Assembly: GCA_002269645.1 (NCBI GenBank)
Contig: NIVC01000726.1
Span: forward strand, 1 to 30,436
Source: Macrostomum lignano
Taxonomy: Eukaryota
DNA: 30,436 nucleotides
Direction of reading: 5' to 3'
Shown in pieces: positions 22,765-30,436 of the stretch. The notes under the pieces were generated by a model. The model saw nothing but the letters and a program-made list of their open reading frames with translations. It had not been told where the DNA came from and ran no database searches. Both the position numbers and the translations under genes were made by a program. Position 1 is the first letter of the stretch; every line of letters begins with the position of its first letter.

Positions 22765-23144
22765 GTGGCATTGTCGCTGGCCTCGGGCAGGTCGGACACG
22801 GAGCGGCTGGTCCTGAGCAGTTTGGAATTGGGATCGAGCTCCTTACCGCTGAGCAGCCACTCTCTATACGAGACGCACATGTACTGCCAGCTGCGATGGG
22901 ACGGGCCTTTGTATTGCACCTCATAGTAGCGCACAACTCCGTTGGGATTTTTCGGTTCGCGCCAGAGCAGGCGAACTTCGCCAGGTCGCTCCTCGCTCTG
23001 GGGAGACTGGAAGGTCACCTCGCCGGGTATCCGGTCGGCCTGAGCCAGGCCTTCTGTGAGCTGGATAATTCTAGCCGGATTGGAGCACAGGTGCAATATT
23101 GTCTGGTACTGCGGATGCCGAAACTCTTCCTGACAGGCGATCAG
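22765..23144 (-). CDS. InR: InR exon: end of FnIII-2b and first part of FnIII-3
   Basis: Acceptor CCCAAACAG|CTG (phase 0); LIAC...LCS...QADRIPGEV...VRLLWREPKNPNGVVRYYEVQY...MCVS matches INSR 'LQAC...RCS...KADDIVGPV...[21 protein letters not shown]...LCVS'; donor AC|GTGAGT, phase 2. Confidence 0.9.
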
Positions 23145-23235
23145 CTGTTTGGGAGGTGGAGAACCGGAAATACCGGAATTATGTAAATGTCTAGGTCTAT
23201 ACCAAGCTGGAAGCATCTAAATTCTACCGTGCATA

Positions 23236-23627
23236 GAACCGGAAGTATCTAATCCCACCCATTACAGAACCGGAAGTATCTAATCCCACCCATTACAGAA
23301 CCGGAAGTATCTAATCCCACCTTAAGAATAACCGGAATTATCTAATCTCATCCTAAGAATAACCGGAAGTATCTAACCCCGCCCTAAGAATAACCGGAAG
23401 CATCTAGTCCCAGCCTAAGAGTAACCGGAAGTATCTAATCCCACCCTAAGAATGACCGGAAGCATCTAATCCCAGCCTAAGAGTAACCGGAAGTAACTAA
23501 TCCCACCCTAAGAATAACCGGAAGTATCTAATCCCACCCTAAGAATAACCGGAAGTATCTAATCCCACCATAAGAGTACGAGCGTAACCGGAAGTATCTA
23601 ATCCCACCCTAGGAATAACCGGAAGTA
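23236..23627. repeat. 31-bp minisatellite, array 1
   Basis: Unit AACCGGAAGTATCTAATCCCACCCTAAGAAT; same family as 25292-25865. Confidence 0.93.
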
Positions 23628-23640
23628 CGGCCGCACTTAC

Positions 23641-24028
23641 CGACAACTCGTAGTGGGTAAAATGCTTCAAATTTGTAACCGTGTACTCAGTGCCTCTAAC
23701 AGTAACGTATCCATCAGTCCAACGCTTATTATCGTTAGCTGAATCCAATTGCTTAGTAATACGCTTGGGGCATCGCTCATTGTCGCAGTCTGGCTTGGCT
23801 ACAGTCGGAGGCGCAGTTGTAGTTTGCATTGGTGTAGTACTAGATCTAGAAGTACTGGTGGTAGTAGTTGCTGTAGTAGTGGTAGTGGTAGTAGTAGTTC
23901 GCTTCTTATCGCTAGTACTGCGTGTAGAAGTCCGCGAGCCAGTTGATCTCGAGCTGCTTTCGTTTCCGTTGTTCGGGCGCAGTTTCAACTTGTGCAATCC
24001 TTCGACTTCATTATTGCGCATTTCCGGC
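23641..24028 (-). CDS. InR: InR exon: insert domain beta (Thr/Ser-rich) and start of FnIII-2b
   Basis: Acceptor CCCAAACAG|G (phase 2); ...GTEYTVTNLKHFTHYELS matches INSR 'ESLVISGLRHFTGYRIE'; donor TCG|GTAAGT at 23641/23640, phase 0. Confidence 0.85.
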
Positions 24029-24159
24029 CTGTTTGGGAATTGGTAGCATAAATTATGCTAATTACAAATACTAAGTAGGAGACCTGCTTACTGTGTTACT
24101 AAAAATAGACAGGCGGGCGTGCAAAATGTTCATTTATTGTTATTTTAAAATAATAGGCG

Positions 24160-24798
24160 ACTTTCACACACATCAAAGGCAATTCTCAAACAGCATCAAA
24201 GGCGATTCTCAAATACGCCAAAGGCGACTCTCACACATCAAAGGCGATTCTCAAATGCGTCAAAGGCGATTCTCAAATGCGTCAAAGGCGATTCTCAAAT
24301 GCGTCAAAGGCGACTCTCACACACATCAAAGGCGATTCTCAAATGCGTCAAAGGCGATTCTCAAATACGCCAAAGGCGACTCTCACACATATCAAAGGCG
24401 ATTCTCAAATGCGTCAAAGGCGATTCTCAAATACGCCAAAGGCGACTCTCACACATATCAAAGGCGATTCTCAAATGCGTCAAAGGCGATTCTCAAATAC
24501 ATCAAAGGCGATTCTCAAATACATCAAAGGCGATTCTCAAATATGTCAAAGGTGATTCTCAAGCACATCAAAGGCGATTCTCACACACATCAAAGACGAT
24601 TCTCAGAAACATCAAAGGCGGTTTTCAAACACATCAAAGGCGATTCTCAAACACGTCAAAAGCGATTCTGACACGTTAAAGGCGATTCTCAAACAGCATC
24701 AAAGCCGATTCTGACACGTCAAAGGCGATTCTCAAACACATCAAAGCGATTCTGACACGTCAAAGGCGATTCTCAAACACATCAAAGGCGATTCTCAG
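24160..24798. repeat. ~22-bp minisatellite
   Basis: Unit (ACAT/GCGT)CAAAGGCGATTCTCAAAT. Confidence 0.93.
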
Positions 24799-25291
24799 GC
24801 ACTTCAGAAGCAATTTTTACCAAAAATATTTAAAAGATTTTTAGTATCTAAATTTAAAAGATTGACATTGAAAGTGTTACAGCTATTGGCAATAAAATAG
24901 TTATAAAACCCTCTTAATACAATATTACAATAATAGTAATTCAGGTCAGTTAATACTGAACTCGAAGCAATAGCTAAAACTATACATTTTCAATGCTAGA
25001 AATTGAGCACTTTATTGCAGTAAAAACAGCTTTTACTCATTAAATAATAACTGTCGACAACTGGCAGCATCAAGGCCAACATGGTGGACACAGAAATCTT
25101 GCCACAAATCGTCCGGTACGGGTGGTTGCCACGGCGACTGGCTACTCAAATCGTGGTAAAAAATACTTGTTGATAGCAATAGCAAATTTATATATAAATA
25201 AGGCGAACTTCTCGGTAATACACAATCAAATTTTAAGCAAATCTCTTCTCATTGTGTTAAAGATCCCAAAAGATTCGTCCAGCTTCAAGAA

Positions 25292-25865
25292 TCGGGAAGT
25301 ATCAAATCCCACACTACACGGAACAGGAAGTATCACCATCCAATCGAGAAAAACTGACATCCATTCTGCTGGAAGTTACCTAAATCCCATCTCATAGACA
25401 ACCGGAAGTATCTAATCCCACCTTATAGAGAACCGGAAGTATCTAATCTCACCTTATAGACAACAGGAAGTATCTAATCTCACCTTATAGACAACCAGAA
25501 GTATATAATCCCACCTTATAGACAACCGGAAGTATCTAATCCCACCTTATAGAAAACCGGAAGTATCTAATCCCACCTTATAAACAACAGGAAGTATCTA
25601 ATCCCACCATATAGACAACTAGAAGTATCTAATCCCACCTTATAGACAACCAGAAGTATCTAATCCCACCTTATAGACAACCGGAAATATCTAATCTCAC
25701 CTTATAGACAACCGGAAGTATCTAATCTCACCTTATAGACAACCGGAAGTATCTAATCTCACCTTATAGACAACCGGAAGTATCCAATCTCACCTTATAG
25801 AGAACCGAAAGTATCTAATCCCAACTTATAGACAACAGGAAGTATCTAATCCCATCCTATACAGA
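25292..25865. repeat. 31-bp minisatellite, array 2
   Basis: Unit ACCGGAAGTATCTAATC(C/T)CACCTTATAGACA. Confidence 0.93.
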
Positions 25866-26070
25866 ACAGGCACGGGAACTATTCATAAAGTATGAGTAAA
25901 GATAGTTCCAAAGGAATCGTTGAGAAGTTTTGAGAGGTATGTGAGAAGTTTTGCGATTTCTCACATAGCAACTCTGACTGAATTAAAATCTGACACTAAT
26001 ACAATTCAATGCTTCTAAAGCACAGGTAGCAAGGCAGTTTGTCAGTGCCGGAGAAGCCGACCTGAGAAAA

Positions 26071-26090
26071 ACACACACACACACACACAC
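26071..26090. repeat. (AC)10 microsatellite
   Basis: Directly visible. Confidence 0.9.
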
Positions 26091-26419
26091 AATAATAATA
26101 TAACTTGCCGAACAGTGGACGGACGGCACGGGCGGACGGCACGGGCAAAATGCGGTGTTTACCGCGCCGCGAAAAACAAGAGACGAGAACAGGACTCAAC
26201 CGAGCTAGCTATAAATAGAGCAATAAAAAACTGACTACTTAGCGACATTACTCACAGCAACCCACCTGCGGCTTATTCTATTAACTGCAATTTATTCTAT
26301 TAACTGGATTTTGTGAGAGACTATGGGCCGCTACAAAAACTCAAGGACAATTCACTTACACTAAGTGGATTATTAAGCTTTAAGTACTCTTGTAACACAT
26401 TGGACTGGCGCCAACCTTT

Positions 26420-27712
26420 TTGCTGATCCTTCAGTACCCACTGCTGCTGCCCTCCCTCCGATCCTTCCGTGCCCGCTGCTGCTGCCCTCCCTCAGATCCT
26501 TCAGTGCCCGCTGCTGCTGCCCTCCCTCAGATCTTTCCGTGCCCGCTGCTGCTGCCCTCCCTCAGATCCTTCAGTGCCCGCTGCTGCCATCCCTCCGATC
26601 CTTCAGTGCCCGCTGCTGCTGCCCTCCCTCAGATCCTTCAGTGCCCGCTGCTGCTGCCCTCCCTCAGATCCTTCAGTGCCGCTGCTGCTGCCCTCCCTCC
26701 GATCCTTCCGTGCCCGCTGCTGCTGCCCTCCTCAGATCCTTCAGTGCCCGCTGCTGCTGCCCTCCCTCAGATCCTTCAGTGCCCGCTGCTGCTGCCCTCC
26801 CTCAGATCCTTCGGTGCCCGCTGCTGCTGCCCTCCCTCAGATCCTTCAGTGCCCGCTGCTGCTGCCCTCCCTCAGATCCTTCAGTGCCCGCTGCTGCTGC
26901 CCTCCCTCAGATCCTTCAGTGCCCGCTGCTGCTGCCCTCCCTCAGATCCTTCAGTGCCCGCTGCTGCTGCCCTCCCTCAGATCCTTCAGTGCCCGCTGCT
27001 GCCTCTCTCCGATTCTCCAGTGCCCGCTGCTGCCTCCCTCCGATCCATCAGTGCCCGCTGCTGCTGCCCTCCCTCCGATTCTTCAGTGCCACTGCTGCCT
27101 ATCTCAGATCTTTCAGTGCCCGCTGCTGCTGTCTCCCTCCGATCCTTCAGTGCCCGCTGCTGCCCTCCGATCCTTCAGTGCCCGCTGCTGCCTCTCTCCG
27201 ATCCTCAGTGCCCACTGCTGCCTCCCTCCGATCCCTCAGTGCCCGCTGCTGCCTCTCTCTGATCCCTCAGTGCCCGCTGCTGCCTCTCTCCGATCCCTCA
27301 GTGCCCGCTGCTGCCTCCCTCCGATCCCTCAGTGCCCGCTGCTGCCTCTCTCCGATCCCTCAGTGCCCACTGCTGCCTCCCTCCGATCCCTCAGTGCCCG
27401 CTGCTGCCTCTCTCCGATCCCTCAGTGCCCGCTGCTGCCTCTCTCCGATCCCTCAGTGCCCGCTGCTGCCTCTCTCCGATCCATCAGTGCCGCTGCTGCC
27501 TCTCTCCGATGTTTCAGTGCCCGCTTCTGCCTCTCTTCGATCCCTCAGTGCCCGCTGCTGCCCTCCCTCCGATCCTTCAGTGCCGCTGCTGCCTCTCTTC
27601 GATCCTTCAGTGCCCACTGCAGCCTCTCTCCGATCCTTCAGTGCCCGCTGCTGCCCTCCCTCCGATCCTTCAGTGCCCGCTGCTGCCTCTCTCCGATCCT
27701 TCAGTGCCCGCC
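26420..27712. repeat. 35-bp minisatellite grading into a 31-bp variant
   Basis: Unit CAGTGCCCGCTGCTGCTGCCCTCCCTCAGATCCTT, then CAGTGCCCGCTGCTGCCTCTCTCCGATCCCT from about 27200. Confidence 0.95.
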
Positions 27713-28199
27713 ACCACTACCCTTGTTAAGATGAGAAACACACTGAAACCTAAAAAACAGCCACACAGAAAGACAAAAAATGAAACTGACAATGAAAAAA
27801 CGATTCCACAAAAACGATATACGCCAATCACTTTGTACGGCGCCCTTATTGAGGCAGACAGACAGGCAAAACTCTCTCCAGAGTCAGCCTAACGATATGA
27901 AAAAAATTGTGGAAAAACAGACATCAGCAGCAGTAGGACGCGGAGCACTGAAATAAAACAAATTGATTGGACAAAGCTGCATTTTTCTCGTCCTAGGGAG
28001 GCAAAGGGCCGGCCTTGATACTAGCTGATATGGCTGAGTTCAAGTGGCAACTCAGTTTTGCAGACGAAGCCTTGCGCGATGCGATGAAGTGCCGCAGTGT
28101 AAGAAGTGTCAATCATTGACTGGATTGAAAAGTTTTATTAACACATATTTTGTTTATATAAATATGAAAAAAAATTCATACTGGCAGTGGATACAAAGG

Positions 28200-28692
28200 A
28201 TCTGAGAGGTTTGAGAGTCTGAAAGTCTCAGTGTTGCAGTGTCTTACGAGTCTGAGAGTCTTAGAGTCCGAGAGGTCTGGGTCTGAGAGTCTTAGAGAGT
28301 CTGAGAGTCTTAGAGTCCGAGAGTCTGGTCTGAGAGGTCTGAGAGTCTAGAGAGTCTGAGTCTTAGAGAGTCTGAAAGTCTGAGAGACTTAGAGAGTCTG
28401 AGAACCTTAGAGAGTCTGAGAACCTTAGAGAGTCTGAGAACCTTACAGAGTCTGAGAACCTTACAGAGTCTGAGAACCTTACAGAGTCTGAGAACCTTAC
28501 AGAGTCTGAGAACCTTACAGAGTCTGAGAACCTTACAGAGTCTGAGAGTCTTAGAGAGTCTGAGAGTCTTAGAGAGTCTGAGAGTCTTAGAGAGTCTGAG
28601 AGTCTTAGAGAGTCTGAGAACCTTAGAGATCTTGAGAACCTTAGAGAGTCTGAGAACGTTAGAGAGTCTGAGAACCTTGAGAAGCTTAGAGA
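28200..28692. repeat. 18-bp minisatellite abutting the InR insert-domain exon
   Basis: Unit AGAGTCTGAGAACCTTA(C/G). Confidence 0.93.
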
Positions 28693-29157
28693 TTAGTAGA
28701 TGACGTCCTCCCGCTGGCGCAGGTCGGGCTGCACCCCGCAGGAGCAGTGCTTCTGACAGTCTACGGTGAAGTTTAATCGACGATTTGCAGACGTGTCAGC
28801 GACGACATCTGAGGAGGCAGTCGGTTGCTGCTGCTGCTGCTGCTGCTGCTGATGCACAGGCCGAATGCCGATATCCGAGCAATCGTCGCCATAGATGACA
28901 TTCTCCTGATGGGACGGCATCTCCTTGAAGCGCAGCAGATAGTGCGTCACATTGCCGTTGGGTTTCAATGGCGGCTTCCAGGTCAGTCGCATCTCCGAGG
29001 GGCTGCGAAATTCGACTTTGAAATCGTGCGGAGGAGACGGCTGCGTTGGCATCGTGTCCACGTAGATGATGCGGCTCTTGCTGCCGTAGGCCTGCTGCTG
29101 CTCCACCACCAGCTGCGGCATCACGAACATGGCGTATCTGCTGGCCGGCTTCAGCAA
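28693..29157 (-). CDS. InR: Insulin/IGF receptor-like RTK exon: end of FnIII-1, FnIII-2a and insert domain alpha; 3' boundary unresolved
   Basis: Acceptor CCGCAG|TTG at 29158/29157; [12 protein letters not shown]...[12 protein letters not shown]...[18 protein letters not shown]...DDC...HCSC aligns with INSR 'LKPWTQYAIFV...YGAKSDIIYVQT...LKWKPPSDPNGNITHYLV...DYC...CCSC'. The frame runs into TAA (28695-28693) with no consensus donor. Confidence 0.85.
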   Translation of the reverse strand: MLKPASRYAMFVMPQLVVEQQQAYGSKSRIIYVDTMPTQPSPPHDFKVEFRSPSEMRLTWKPPLKPNGNVTHYLLRFKEMPSHQENVIYGDDCSDIGIRPVHQQQQQQQQQPTASSDVVADTSANRRLNFTVDCQKHCSCGVQPDLRQREDVIY

Positions 29158-29162
29158 CTGCG

Positions 29163-30205
29163 GTGGCGCGGGTTGGGGTGGGTTGCAACTCAATTAGGGG
29201 GGATGGGCTGCAACTCAATTAGGGGGTGGGTTGCAAGTCAATTAGGGGGATGGGCTGCAACTCAATTAGGGGGGTGGGTTGCAAGTCAATTAGGGGGGAT
29301 GGGTTGCAACTCAATTAGGGGGTGGGTTGCAACTCTAATAAGGGGATGGGTTGCAACTCAATTAGGGAGAGTTGCAACTCAATTAGGGAGATGGGTTGCA
29401 ACTCAATTAGGGGGATGGGCTGCAACTCATTAGGGGGGTGGGTTGCAAGTCAATTAGGGGGATGGGTTGCAACTCAATTAGGGGATGGGTTGCAAGTCAA
29501 TTAGGGGGATGGGTTGCAACTCAATTAGGGGGTGGGTTGCAACTCAATAAGGGGATGGGTTGCAACTCAATTAGGGAATGGGTTGCAACTCAATTAGGGA
29601 GATGGGTTGCAACTCAATAAGGGGATGGGTTGCAACTCAATTAGGGGGATGGGTTGCAACTCAATAAGGGGATGGGTTGCAACTCAATTAGGGAGATGGG
29701 TTGCAACTCAATTAGGGAGATGGGTTGCAACTCAATTAGGGGGATGGGTTACAACTCAATTAGGGAGATGGGTTGCAAATCAATTAGGGGGATGGGTTGC
29801 AACTCAATTAGGGGATGGGTTGCAACTCAATTAGGGGGTGGGTTGCAACTCAATTAGGGGGATGGGTTGCAACTCAATTAGGGGATGGGTTGCAACTCAA
29901 TTAGGGGGGTGGGTTGCAACTCAATTAGGGGGGATGAGTTGCAACTCAATTAGGGGGATGGGTTGCAACTCAATTAGGGGGGTGGGTTGCAACTCAATTA
30001 GGGGGGTGGGTTGCAACTCAATTAGGGGGGTGGGTTGCAACTCAATTAGGGGGATGGGTTGCAACTCAATTAGGGGGATGGGTTGCAACTCAATTAGGGG
30101 GATGGGTTGCAATTTAATTAGGGGGATGGGTTGCAACTCAATTAGGGGGATGGGTTGCAAGTCAATTAGGGGGATGAGTTGCAACTCAATTAGGGGGCTG
30201 GTTTG
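29163..30205. repeat. ~24-bp G-rich minisatellite
   Basis: Unit GGGTTGCAACTCAATTAGGGGGAT, about 43 copies. Confidence 0.95.
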
Positions 30206-30436
30206 CAATAAAAATCATACACTATCAGCAATGATAGTAACACGTAATTCTAAGTGACTGTAATGAAAACTGTTTTGCTTAAAAAAGCTCCGCAGTATTA
30301 TCTTATCGATGAGTATCATATACACGCAGTAGTTGTGCAGGAAGTTGGCGAGTTTCTCTTGGCAAGCAAACAGAGGAAGCATGCCCAAAAACACGGATCT
30401 TAAGTCCCAGGTAGTTCATTTTTCTGTTCTTCTTAA

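Noticed and set aside
7065-23946. Alternative-frame or antisense ORFs over true exons (7065-7451, 9243-9603, 16943-17170, 20112-20312, 22743-23186, 23681-24046)
   Set aside because: Shadow ORFs of GC-rich coding exons with no independent homology.
24160-24798. Minus-strand repeat unit translates as VFENRL, resembling the alphaCT 'VFENFL'
   Set aside because: Followed by a stop in each unit and has no splice signals; most likely coincidence.
26024-26061. Candidate micro-exon VGFSGTDKLPCYL after TTTTTCTCAG that would fit phase 0 to 2
   Set aside because: Weak donor (CT|GTGCTT), needs an implausible upstream donor (GAC|GTCATC), and has no resemblance to alphaCT.
9735-30205. Regular 20-35-bp repeats as CRISPR arrays
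   Set aside because: Units are head-to-tail with no unique spacers, no cas genes are present, and the context is spliceosomal introns.
9691-30257. Many periodic ORFs (FPQFIISHN, VPHCPLHQ, GSEDSLWDQ, VSQRVQSSS, DPQSTIPSV, ERGERG, KGDSQ, PAAAALPQ, MGCNSIRG)
   Set aside because: Open in several frames and on both strands because the units lack stops; they lie inside introns defined by phase-compatible splice sites.
30258-30436. Upstream InR exon at the window end
   Set aside because: No minus-strand frame gives recognisable FnIII-1 or L2 sequence.

Overview
Eukaryotic (animal) genomic DNA, not prokaryotic. GC-rich exons with Ala/Gln runs and introns packed with minisatellites resemble the flatworm Macrostomum lignano, but this is an inference from style only. 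Two convergent intron-containing genes are present. The first is a complete 3-exon GID8/TWA1 (LisH-CTLH-CRA) gene on + (7156-10791, about 339 aa). The second is the 3' part of an insulin/IGF-receptor-family tyrosine kinase on - (six exons, 29157 to 14702), covering FnIII-1 end to FnIII-3, the insert domain, TM, NPxY and the kinase; its 5' exons lie beyond the window. The first ~6.4 kb is AT-rich and holds an internally deleted Tc1/mariner-like element and MITEs with 8-bp target-site duplications (TSDs). A second MITE family forms an inverted pair across GID8 intron 1 and its 3' region. About 15 tandem arrays (units 4-51 bp) fill the introns and intergenic DNA and explain nearly all low-complexity ORFs in the track. 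Main leads: (i) several arrays multimerise textbook binding motifs of signalling-pathway transcription factors (ETS, TCF/LEF, CSL, NR5A/ERR plus CCAAT); (ii) the receptor exon leading into the alphaCT segment hits a stop at a repeat array with no usable donor; (iii) a MITE supplies the first AATAAA downstream of GID8 and has an inverted partner in intron 1. All coordinates were read by eye; array edges are approximate.
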